64,000 bases of DNA from Tubulanus polymorphus (Eukaryota > Animalia > Nemertea): contig NC_134026.1 in the NCBI RefSeq assembly GCF_964204645.1, forward strand, positions 331,850 to 395,849, read 5' to 3'. Positions 48,020-61,538 of this stretch are shown here, one piece after another. Position numbers and translations under genes: made by a program. The notes under the pieces are model-generated. The model did no database searches. It was not told the DNA's origin and saw only the letters and a list, made by a program, of their open reading frames with translations. Positions within the stretch are counted from its first letter, which is position 1, and every line of letters begins with the position of its first letter.

Positions 48020-50510
48020 TCATAAAGCGGGTAAAGCCGGCAATGATTCTTTCTGTAGTGCCTTCTCCAAATCATCAACATCATACGTGCTATTCAACTG
48101 ATCAGGTGACCCGGGCGTAAACGTCGGCACTTGTGGGAATATTGAATCTGAAATATTCAATCACAGTTTTTAATTTCAAGAATTCGAAATACGAAAAATC
48201 AGTAATTTGTAAGTTTTCTTACCTTTAACAGGATTACCAGTTAATTTATCATCCAAATCACCGTCAAATTCTAATAATTCTAACTCAGCTTCCAATTCAG
48301 AAATAGAAATATCACCATCTCCATCAGTTGTTACGAAACCCTTAGACAATGCTGCACCAATCTCACCTTGTTCTTCAATAGCCTTAAATTCAAGAGAAGT
48401 TTATAGAATCTTAAGTACCACAAAATTTGGCAATCAAGCCAAGATATCATCAGGTTTATACTAAGTCTAGGACTGGCTTACCTCTTCTAAATTGCACATT
48501 GTGTCATCAATTTTACTAATTGAAACATCACCGCGAGAAGTTTTCAATATATCGGTACCGATTTCATATGATTCAAGAATCTACAACAAATAAAACATTG
48601 ACGATATTTTCTAGAATATGTTTCCATTATCAGAGCGAGAAGGTGAATGTTGAGAGACGATTGTTTCAAACCTTTTTGTCCGATTCAGAATTGCGTATTT
48701 TCTGTAACATATCTTGAATGTTCAACAAAGCTGTTTCTCTTTTATCGATGAGAAGACATAAATTCTTTTTACCCCGCAGCGAAGTCCGTGCCTAAAAAAT
48801 TGAGATATAGAAATTAAAATATTGGGGGTAAACTTATTTTGAAAGATGACAACAATATTAAGATAGTACTCACTGATGACTTTTGGCCTTTTTTCACAAA
48901 ACTTTTCGCTTCTGTCAAACGACTAATAATAAATAAACATTTTCAATAAAGTAACAACTCATCAATAGAAATATTATTATAAAGAAATGGAGCTACGCAG
49001 ATTTTCCACTCACTTTTCAACATCTTGGTATAATTTCTCAATTTCGTGCTGTAAGGCTTGTTCTGTTCTCTTCAGTCTGAAAACACACAGTTCATCAAAA
49101 TACTGAATAAACTGATTTGAATTATTCAAATAGAATTAAATTCTGTATCGATTTCTTACTTGATTGTTTTTTTGTCAGTTTCTGTGATCAGAATTACTTT
49201 TTCTTCGTCTTTCTTACAGAATTTAACGATCTGAAAATCGAAGAACTAGATTACACTAGAGAATTTGTATTTTGTAAGGAATAATTTGAAAATGTCTGAT
49301 CTCAATTTTTACCTTGTCGTAACCTTTCTCTTCTGCGATGTGAACTTTGCCGTTTTTCTGAAGCGTCAATAAAGACAGGTTGAACGAAGTCTCGTCAGAA
49401 CAGATATGTTTACACCTCGACATCAATACTGAATAATCCACTAAATGATCCAACACATCAACCTGCATCGTGCGTTGATAGAAATCTAGTATTTTAGATG
49501 ACATTTCCTGCAATGAAAACAAGTACAATAAATAAAAGATTAGAGACAAGAATAGTAAGTAATCGCTGCAGTGTCTGAATATCAATTGATCTTACCAGAT
49601 ACCCCAGAAACAAGGGCTAGAGATATGAGACTAATCAAGGATGAGGTCGGTGAATAAAAACTGACCATTAAGAGTTGACCATCAAAACAATAGAGAAACA
49701 CAAAAGTATATGATGCATATTTGCTGGTAAAGGTGAAAATACAGACGAAATTCTTATCAAAATTTCAAACATTTGCATTTGAGAAATTAGAGATTTTTCA
49801 CAATACATCTCCCCCTCACACTAAATACTCTATTGCTTAGTCATTTTTCCTGGACCTGATAAGAGAACCCTGTACTACATCATCTAGAATTCAGACCACC
49901 TCACCCGCCCTGTCACTGTCAACATACCTGAATCAGTTCCGATAATACGTATTGTCCTTCTGTTATACAATCTTTATCAGACGAACCGACAACAGTTTTC
50001 AAAGTCCACGAGAACGGTTTCCTTACAAACACATCGACCCCCCATGACATCCAACTGCTGTTTAATTCCTTCTCAATATCTTCTTTTTTCTTAAGTTTTC
50101 CTTCACTAAAAAAGGAAGAGAATCATCATTTAAATACAATCAGATTATCAATTTAAGATGAAGAGTTAATGCAACTTCTCACCCCCGGTTTGGGCCCTAC
50201 AAAATCGAAAATGAAATAAAATAAGCCAAGGGTTATTTTATTCATACCTGACCAGTTCATGGACAACTTTTGCCAAACATTTTGGCGTCCTTCCATTTCG
50301 TTTGAAATTATTGGCAACAGATTTAGCGTCGACGATTGCAGTATTGGTGTGTTCGAGGTCTGATAAAATGAGTTTCTTCCAAAAGTTCATTTTCGAGTTC
50401 CATGAATTGAGATTTACGTCGCGATTATTCCTGAACGGAGCGAAATAATTATCCATCTTTGGATCGTCTTTCCACTGATCGGGAAAATGAGACCGATTAT
50501 CTTCTGCCAT
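48020..50510 (-). CDS. CHMP7: Charged multivesicular body protein 7 (ESCRT-II/III hybrid, multi-exon)
   Basis: N-terminus PDQWKDDPKMDNYFAPF...WNSKMNFWKKLI...FKRNGRTPKCLAKV, then SWMSWGVDVFVRKPFSW, then Snf7-like helices (LKRTEQALQHEIEKL, LLNIQDMLQKIRNSESDK, ELEAELELL, FPQVP). Confidence 0.9.
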
Positions 50511-50519
50511 CGCGACCAA

Positions 50520-50690
50520 ATCCCAAAATCCACGCAAAAATCACGTCAAAAATTTGAAAAATCTCTAAAAAGTCAATGTGGAGCCGATATTCTCGGAAAC
50601 GAAATACAACAGGAAGTAACTGCTCAACCGCATACTCGCGTACCTCCGGCGTAACGTCATCACACCGGTCTTTATCCGAGGTAAATTGCT
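50520..50690. promoter_or_regulatory. Candidate bidirectional promoter between divergent CHMP7 and VKORC1
   Basis: Head-to-head genes <600 bp apart. CAGGAAGT (ETS-like) ~50610, TAACGTCA ~50652, GAG|GTAAAT donor ~50681 matching the TTTTCAG acceptor at 51087. Confidence 0.5.
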
Positions 50691-51104
50691 AATTATTAGA
50701 TAATTACGGTTAATTACCGCAAACGAACCTTCGTAATCAATAGTTAAGATTGTTTTTAATGAGTTAAAACTGTTAATTGGTGTGAAATGTTTGGAACCGG
50801 CGCAATATCTTATATAAATGAGTGTTTTAATGAATTGGGCTGTTGAGAAAATATGATACGCGGAAGAACGGTAGAGAAACGCTGCGGGCCTTTCACTCGT
50901 TTACCAGTAAAATCGCTTAATAAATTCTGTCTAATTTGATATTTTGGGCTAACTGCAGTTTGGGTCACCTATCCACTGGGTGGCGCTAGTGTTATTAAAG
51001 AATAGTGTGATGGTAAGGTTAGGTACATACCATTAGGGACACCTAAACTGCAGTCATACCGATATTTTTACAATTTCTGTTTTTCAGATAAGGAAATAGT
51101 GAGT

Positions 51105-52180
51105 ATGGCTCAAAAGCGCAATTCTAGTTGGTTGAGCGCAGCTCTGTTGTTACTATGCGCTGCTGGTATCGCAGTATGTGCCTACGCTTATCACGTTGAA
51201 ACTAGTAAAGAGAATGACGCCTCGTATCGGGCTTATTGCGATCTCAGCGAATACATTAGCTGTTCGAAAGTTTTTACTTCTCGGTAAGAAGAAGAAAATA
51301 CTGACATGGAAACTCATCTGTAAGGATCTACTTTCAATGACGAGTGGAATTTATATTTTCAGATATGGAAGAGGATTCGGGTTATTTGAACATATCTTCG
51401 GTAAAGACAGTCTTATCAACCAACCAAACAGTATTTTCGGAATAGGGTTCTATATAATTCAGTCATTATTAGGTAAGTGTACAGTGAAATTCTGCTGAAT
51501 TCATGAAATTTGTCCTCATTTAGCAGGACTGATAATGGTCTGCAGAGTCGCTGAGTAAATGATCCAAGTGTCTCTGAAGTATGATTGTAAGACATTACCG
51601 TTCCAAGATTCATAATAATGACCCTTAAACAGACAGACATTGTAACAGTATCACGGGCTACTCTTCAGCGGATAAAAAGAGCATGCTAAATTACCCTTTT
51701 GAATAATATTACACTCTTTTGAACAACTGAAACTACCCTTTTCCCAGTTTGTTTGGACTTAGAATATATAAATTATGACTTCAGTGACTTTCGGAAATGA
51801 ATTCTTTTGTTTGATTTTATTCAGAATTCGGCAAAAGTTCAACGACAACGAAGATTCAAATTGGAACGTCGATCGTAGCGAATTTAGGTTCGGTTTATTT
51901 GGGATACGTATTGTTTTATATCCTCGGTGATTTCTGCATTGTTTGCGTATCGATGTACGTAGTGAATTTCACTATACTCGTAGTGAACGTCCAGTCGTTG
52001 AGAGGACTGAAAAAACCGCAAAAACAACAAACATCGTCGTCTAAGAAGAAAAAGAAGGCGACGTTGACTTCGGATAACAGCAGCAGCAACAAAGACAACA
52101 ATAAAGTAGAGAAACAAGCGGCGAAAGAAAAACCTACCAAAAAGAAAGACCAGAAGAAAAAGCGTCAAAAACAGAACTAG
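51105..52180 (+). CDS. VKORC1: Vitamin K epoxide reductase complex subunit 1-like (exons 51105-51283, 51363-51472, 51825-52180)
   Basis: YAYHVE...[27 protein letters not shown]...NQPNSIFG and the CIVC redox motif ([10 protein letters not shown]). Three-exon layout as in vertebrates. VKORC1 versus VKORC1L1 is not resolvable. Confidence 0.95.
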
Positions 52181-52205
52181 CACCGCAGTTCAGTGTTGTC
52201 CTTTA

Positions 52206-52365
52206 GGCAGGTTTCGATCGAACGTATTCTGATTATTAATTCCGACCGGCTGCTTCTATCAACGATGCAGACTACGCTATTCCATAACACGTAGAGCATA
52301 TTCTAGTGGAAACGAAAGCGCCAGAAGAGAATTCCGGAATCGGTAATTCCCGATCGAAACCTGCC
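52206..52365. mobile_element. PIF/Harbinger-like MITE (family 2) just after the VKORC1 stop
   Basis: TTA|GGCAGGTTTCGATCG ... CGATCGAAACCTGCC|TTA. Confidence 0.75.
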
Positions 52366-52709
52366 TTAGTTGTCTCAGGTGCAGCCTGTTTTAACAGCTT
52401 CGGTCATTTTTGGCAATAACGAAAAATAACATTTCGATCAACTACAAAAATCAACGAAAATCTTTTAGGAGTAAAATAATAGCTGTGGACTTTCATTCCA
52501 ACCTGCTGTTAGATAATGAATACCTATCGTATAATTATTGAACTATGCAATACAGTGTGTGAGTCTGCGTGCCTTTCTATCAATATCTTCAAATTTACTG
52601 TAAATACGATCAACAGATTTAATAATGCCAATAGTACCACTGTATTAATAGTTTGCTCAAACAACGATTATACGGCTAGATTCCGCCTTACTCTGTACTC
52701 TACAGGTTA

Positions 52710-52918
52710 GGCTAAACAAAAATGATATATTGTTTCTCCGCAGCGGCCGGGTCATTTTTGTAAAATATGATAAAATTTATAAACAGTTCATTTCTATAGT
52801 CTGTTATGGTAAAATTGATCACGATTTTAAAAAAAAGTAATGTATAGGGTAGATAGGCGGCCGGGTCAACATTTAAGCTCAGCAAAGCGGAGAAACAAGG
52901 TATCAATTTTTTTTTGCC
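52710..52918. mobile_element. PIF/Harbinger-like MITE (family 1, second copy)
   Basis: TTA|GGCTAAACAAAAATGATA ... TATCAATTTTTTTTTGCC|TTA, homologous to 42355-42573. Confidence 0.8.
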
Positions 52919-54017
52919 TTATCACAGCTATAGTTTATTCCAGATAATTTTCCCACAGGGTTTGATCGGTATCGAGTAAGGTCGAGTCTACTGTATAGAT
53001 TAATAAACTAGATTCAGGATTATTAATTATGACAAGAGCAATTTTTAAAAATACTCTCCGCGAAAAGTATATTGTTAATTGTAATAATATATTTAAGTAT
53101 TATAATCTATTCATGTTGTAAACATGCTTCTTAATTCAGTACAACGATTTTATTTGTGTTCAAAACCAGTTCATTGTAATTTTAGTTCGATAAATTATTG
53201 GGAAACGACGTTATTTTGTCTTTTTGTGCGTGTACCCTATTATCATATCTGTGTAAAATGTACGCACTTTGAAATGAACGAGCTATTTTTTATAACCTAC
53301 AACTGTCTTAGTCATTTTCTTATCGAAGCTACCCAGTATAACGTGTACTATGACACAGTACAGTTTTATCTACGACCCTCGACTGAGACAGGATGCAATT
53401 TTTCTCCAAATATCTATGATTTTATTAGCGTTAATACAAAACACTTCAACAAATATAAATTATGTACAACTTATGTCTACGATAAGTCTATCAGTTACAA
53501 TCAGTAAACATAAAAGGCCATTCATTAATAAGTAAGGCACCAATGAGCGGCGCTCTGACCACTTCTCCCTATGAACATATGCACACATGACTGACATTAA
53601 CGAAAACCTCATGAATGGCCCATGAGCACAAACAGACATGAGTAATGATGATTATTTAACAATTTATCTTCCGCAGTTCTGACTAAACTTTTATATAAAA
53701 AGGTATTTTGGTTTCTCTTACAAGTTAAGACTGTCAGATAATAAATTGTTGAATCATGAACAGTGGGTTTTGCTCATTGAAATCTGAATTATGGGAATAG
53801 TCTACCGGTCACAAATAGACATTTCTAATTAATCATAAATCAGTTCTTACAGTTGATAATTGGCTTCAGAGGTGAAACCGGATATATAAACTAATTTTAA
53901 TAGTCTATTTCAACCAACAAGTATAGTAACTGGGTCCTGTATTTTCGACACAATTTCAGCATTGTTTTGAAGCTGATGTGGTTTAATAAGAGTTTCGATC
54001 CTATCAATGATTCAGTA

Positions 54018-56121
<2,104 letters not shown>

Positions 56122-56198
56122 GGTAATGGATATTTCATGTACCCTGAAATCATTGACGTCACGATGACTGAGAAAATACGTCAATTTAACCAACAACT

Positions 56199-56765
56199 AG
56201 TGTTGGAACCTAACCCTAGTGTTGGCCTGGTGAATAAACGCAGAAACCCTAGTGTTGCCCTGTTTTATAAACGCAGTAACCCTAGTGTTGCCCTGTTTAA
56301 TAAACGCAGTAACCCTAGTGTTGGCCTGTTTAATAAACGCAGTAACCCTAGTGTTGGCCTGTTTGATAAACCCAGTAACCCTAGTGGTGGCCTGGGAAAT
56401 AAACGCAGTAACCCTGGTGTTGGCCTGATTGATAAACGCAGTAACCCTAGTGTTGGCCTGTTTAATAAACGCAGTTGACCTAGTGTTGGCCTGGGAAATA
56501 AACGCAGTAACCCTAGTGTTGGCCTGGTAAATAAACGCAGAAACCTTAGTGTTGGCCTGTTTGATAAACGCAGTAACCCTAGTGTTGGCCTGTTTAATAA
56601 ACGCAGTTACCCTAGTGTTGGCCTGGGAAATAAACGCAGTAACCCTAGTGTTGGCCTGGAAATAAACGCAGTAACCCTAGTGTTGGCCTGTTAATAAACG
56701 CAGAAACCCTAGTGTTAGCCTGTTAATAAACGCATTTATCCTAGTGTTTGCCTGGTGAATAGACG
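56199..56765. repeat. 33-bp minisatellite, ~17 copies, immediately upstream of COQ5
   Basis: Unit AACCCTAGTGTTGGCCTGTTTAATAAACGCAGT. Confidence 0.93.
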
Positions 56766-58137
56766 TAGTTACGATTGTACTATTCAGAATTACCACAGTA
56801 TGAAACACGACCCGGCCGGCCGCGGCCGCGGTCACACGTCTGAACACGGCCGGTGAGCGGGAATCAGTCTAAATGTATTGGGTGACAGAGAATTTTGAAG
56901 ACATTTTTGGAGGCTGTCAGAAGGCCTTATGCTCTTATCTCCAATTTCCTCACATCGCGTTTTCTTTTTCAAATGCTGCGACTTCTTTGATAGAGATTCT
57001 TCCATAATTTTATCAGTGGATTTCTTGATTCAGGCCGTGCTTCCAATTATTTGCGGCTGAAATTTTCAAATTGAACCACGATCTGGTCTTCGATTAGAGG
57101 AAATTAAGTTTCTAATTTTGAGATCCGTCCTCGACTGATGGAACCACCAACTGGACGAACAGACGATCCGGGCATCTACCACCGATCAGTTCCAGCGTAT
57201 GGTCAGCCTGTGCTAATTAAGTGAACCAGATCTCAGTCCTCAGTCCTCCCCGTTGCCAAACGCCACTCTATCAGATAGAGAAAAACTGAAATTGCGGCGG
57301 AGTTCTGCATCGAGAGCCAATGTGGACGGTTTTCGAGGGACGTTAATAAGATAGTTTTTCTTCTAATACATACATTTATTCATATGATAAGTAAAAAAAG
57401 CCATGTCATGGTTAAACGTCTTATAAAACAGCAGCTTTATGCGTGGAGTCATCGCATCCCATTAATTACATTTTTAATGTATTTGCTTATTCATTTGTAA
57501 AAAGGTTACTTGAAAATAAATCATATCATATCATATCCCTCAATTCATTTCAACTATCCCTGCTGGCTTTTTCTCATGTATTGAGCTTGGCAGTAGCAAT
57601 TACACGAATATTTTTCAGATACTAATTGATGTTACAAAATAATTATGCTTTCACTAAAACTAAACAAACTCTGCATAAACTATCCGTATACATAATAAAT
57701 AATCTATAACATCACATGACATTTTGTCTGGATATCACATTTTGATCCATCGATTTTTAAGTCCGGCTACTAAAATAATAAGAAAATACACACGACAAAA
57801 ATCATCTATGACATTTTGTTTGGATTTCTGATTCAATGGCGCTAGGGAAATAATATGTAAACACAAAACGAGATAAACCGTGGTCAAATTCTGTTTGAAT
57901 TTCTCATTTACGTCATGCTACTAAAATCAGTAACAAACCACCTTAAAAAAACTGGGGTCATGGTTTCATAGACCGGATGTCAAAAGTTCTGAGACTCCGC
58001 AATATGGATAACAACCATCAATGATAAAACATCATGGTAATAACTGATAAATTCCAAAAGGGATTATTTCGTCTCCAAATCTATTAAACTCGGCCCCATA
58101 TCACATTTTGTTATTTTTTTTTTGTCAAATCGTTGAT

Positions 58138-61100
58138 TTATATGACGCTACTGATTTTACTCGTCAGCTCCACGCCACCTCTATCATTCACGCCAGGTTT
58201 CTCCTGTATCGCGTCTTCGTCTGCGATATAATCATCTTCGCTTTTTGAACAGCACCATTTGAAGATCTTCACGAACGCGAATTCGATAAATTCGCAAACC
58301 GTCAAAACGCTTGCACCGACACAAAGGCCCATCATTCCACCAAAATCACCTATAAGATTTTGTTAGAAATGTTAAAGATTGATGAGAATTTGGCATCAAC
58401 AAGCTCGTTAAATGCTTTTAAATCCTTATTGAAGACTCATCTTTTTAGACAACATTTTTACTAAATCGTCTCTAGACTTTAACCGATGCTGTACTAAAAG
58501 CATCAATATTATATTGCATCTCGATTGTTCTTCTTTTAGATTCTGTAAAGCGCCTTAGAGCCTTTTGGAATAAGGCGCTATATAAGTTTTATATAATAAT
58601 AATAAAAGAATTTAAACGAAATGAAATGTTTTTAAGATTATTTAACTTACTGATTAACTGTGAACGAGTCGTCGCTTTTTCCTGATTAAAGGAGGTATAA
58701 GATAAACGTGGGTAATACAAATTGAGGTAAATTATGTTGTCCCTACGGAAAGAAAACATCATAATTTAGAGACATTCGCGAAACATTAACCTTAAAATGA
58801 TTCGTCGAGGTCGTGAGGTTTTTGAAATACAAACCTGACGTAATTAGCGGATAGATTGAGAGCTGTCTGAAGAGCATCGGCCGCGTGGCGGTTTGGAAAT
58901 GAGGAGAAACTTAAATTGATGTCGTATATTTCTTCTTTACACGCCGTACCACACGAGTTATAACACGATTTAAACGCTGTTATATAATCAGCATTGTCTA
59001 AAACAAAGAAATCATCAAATCACATTGCAAAAAAACTAAGAGTATTTCAGAGAAGTATCTATCATGTTTAGAAGACGAAAATGTTGGAAAATTGAATAGC
59101 GCTGGAAACCTGCAGGCCATATATTCATCAAAGGATATTGTAATATACTTTTTTTCTTGGTGAAAAGATTGAGAATAATGACGAGAGAAATCCCACAATA
59201 ACGAAGCCAAGATTGAAAAATTCTATATCAGAATGATTGTATTTGAGGAGCGACGTTTCGGCTAACAACTGTTAGCCATCATCAGGCGTACTTTCTCGTT
59301 ATTGTGGGATTTCTCTCATCATCATCGTACACGGATATTGTGTATCTTCTCGTCTAATTGATAATAATGTTTGCGGTAGCCTTACTGAGCAGAGGCATCA
59401 TGCACATTTTGACGTCATACGGTTCACAAACACGGATATTTCCTACAAAATAGAAGCGACCTTATTTATGTCGTGAAGTCAGATTCATATCAGGTTCCAG
59501 TCCCCACAGTTCTTGCTGATGAGATTTAGCTTTTGAGTTAAAACATATAGGAAATAAAGTAATTTTAGAGTCAAACTGAACCGACAGGTCTATATGAAGC
59601 CGAGTCCTTTGTCCTTTCTGACACAAATGGGAAAATTTGAGTCGACTCCGAGGATCACATTCAAAAAGCTTTCGAGAATTAGTCTATATATAGATGTATA
59701 GAACACGGGAGTAATGTGGATACAAGTACGTGAAAAGACTGTTTTTAACTGGAAATAATGAAATGGATATTTCCATCGATATCATGCATGCAAACATGAA
59801 ATTAAACGATGGTGTTCTATTTCCTACTAACTTCTATACGAGGAAGTAAATAGCGGCCTGCACTGACAATTATTCGCGATAATATCAGCTTCACATTCTA
59901 ATTCACATCCAGCCAATGAATATCTGTCTTCGTATCTCAGCTTCTTCTCCGCGCAGTTCCCGTACGGTTTCGGTAAGTTCGTTTTCTATATCGATACAAT
60001 TGAGAAAAAAAACATTACCATCCCCTAAAAAAACTACTATCAGTTTTATAGCTCAAGATGAAAGCGGAAGGAATCATCAAAGTTTTATGGATAGGTTTTT
60101 GTAGTCGTTATTACCTTATCAAGTTTCAGAGCACCGATAGCGTATGTACCGGGGGACAGAGCGGTGCCGTACGCGGTTACTAACTCTCCGGGTTCATAAC
60201 GAGGATGTAGATATATCGATAAACCTGCCTGCATATTTCCATCCAGATTTTCTAATAATATATGAATAATTTGGAAAAAAAAGTTAATTCGGCTCAAAAA
60301 GTTGAGAACCACCGAATAGGTCTGGCGTTGCAATTCATCCAGGACCGAGTTTCGTAGATGTTTGGGCAAACTAATCCCTGGGACACATTTTGAAATTTGT
60401 CAGTTATTATCACGGTTATTATCTCATTGTCATATTTTTGGTAGTTGTCAGATGTAGCTTACATATCCGATCAATGAAACCAGGTCCGTGGAAACACTTA
60501 GAAGTTTTTTCAATTTTAGATAACACCAACTGATTATATATTTACCAGAATATTCGAATTGTCGTAGATCCCATAGTATAGTCATTCCATGTTCTCCTCC
60601 TGGGGTTTTCTGCGAGAACGATTTACCGATATCAGGGTGATTAAAAGTGGCACATTCTCCATCTTTAGTCCAAGTAGTTCTGTAGTATTCACGCGCGTCG
60701 CAGCCTATCGTGTCTTCCGGCGCTAAAGTGGCCGCCTCATCGTGGCCGACTATAAAACAGCCCAGGATATTTTTACTGAAGTCCTTTTTAGCTGTTTTTT
60801 CAATAACGTAAGAATAATCCCACGGACGTCCAGTGTAGTTAGTGTAACGGGCTTTCATCTGTCCGTCGTAACTTTCATTCTTTAAAAACAAACGTCCGAA
60901 CCAACCGAAATTACCGAATCCAAATAGAATGTAATTAATCAACTCAGAGTCCGACGGCGGAATACCAATTTCTGAAATAGTTTTTGGTTGAGAAGAAAAG
61001 TATTTCAGTAAATGTTGGGTACGATTTCTATCAAACGACAAGAACGAACAAACCTTACCCGTAAGAGCACTTCTATTAAGGCGATTGGAATCACAAATTG

Positions 61101-61538
61101 TAATCGCTGGGAAATCTATAGTTCCATTCGACTGCGAACGAAAATACGATGGAAAATGCGATCGTTTTTAGAGAGAAACCGATGTAAGATTCACAGCGTT
61201 TTATCTCTACTCACCTCAATCGAGATCGAAGTCGTCGATTTGTATTTTCCAAAATCCTCGATCAAGCCGAAGAGTTCCTCTAACAGAAATCCGAACAGAA
61301 TTAATACGACTATTATCCACAGCGCTCGCCTCCAACAGCTTTTTACTGAGGCGATTCGTTTCAATCCGTGACAAGTTGTATTAGAAGCGAATTCCACTTC
61401 ATCGTGGCCGCAACACTTACAACAGTGTCGTGACCTACGTTTTGCCTTGGACGCCTTTTGAGGCGAATCTTCGGTGAAATTCATTTTGTCTCCTCCGTTT
61501 CTAAACGCAGTTGATTCCGTCAGAAATCCCTCGTCCAT
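58138..61538 (-). CDS. DEG/ENaC (ASIC/FaNaC-related) sodium channel subunit, multi-exon
   Basis: Pre-TM1 FASNTTCHGL (HG motif), TM1, FPAITICDSN, GECATFN, GLSIYLH...SPG, cysteine-rich thumb exons, and TM2 SDFGGMMGLCVGASVLTVCEFIE with the GAS selectivity motif. Confidence 0.93.
58400..58605 (+). mobile_element. 5'-truncated LINE (L2-like) 3' end in a channel-gene intron
   Basis: Reads SLNAFKSLLKTHLFR (typical L2-clade ORF2 C-terminus), followed by the stem-loop tail TGTAAAGCGCCTTAGAG...AAGGCGCTATATAA and (TAA)n. Confidence 0.65.
59245..59291 (-). ncRNA. Minimal hammerhead ribozyme motif, Penelope-like-element type
   Basis: Minus strand GTACGC-CTGATGA-T-GGCTAAC(AGTT)GTTAGCC-GAAA-CG-TC: intact core, 7-bp stem II, ACGT palindrome in place of stem III. 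Stem I is weak. Confidence 0.6.

Noticed and set aside
56137-56478. ORF with KRSNPSVGLFN repeats resembling a neuropeptide precursor with KR sites
   Set aside because: It is the 33-bp minisatellite. There is no signal peptide, the frame is lost mid-array, and it abuts the COQ5 start on the opposite strand.
56800-57350. GC-richer stretch with GATCTGGT/ACCAGATC pairing, considered as 7SK or another ncRNA
   Set aside because: No recognisable 7SK, snRNA or SRP termini and no Pol III terminator. More likely an unclassified repeat, and an Rfam scan would settle it.
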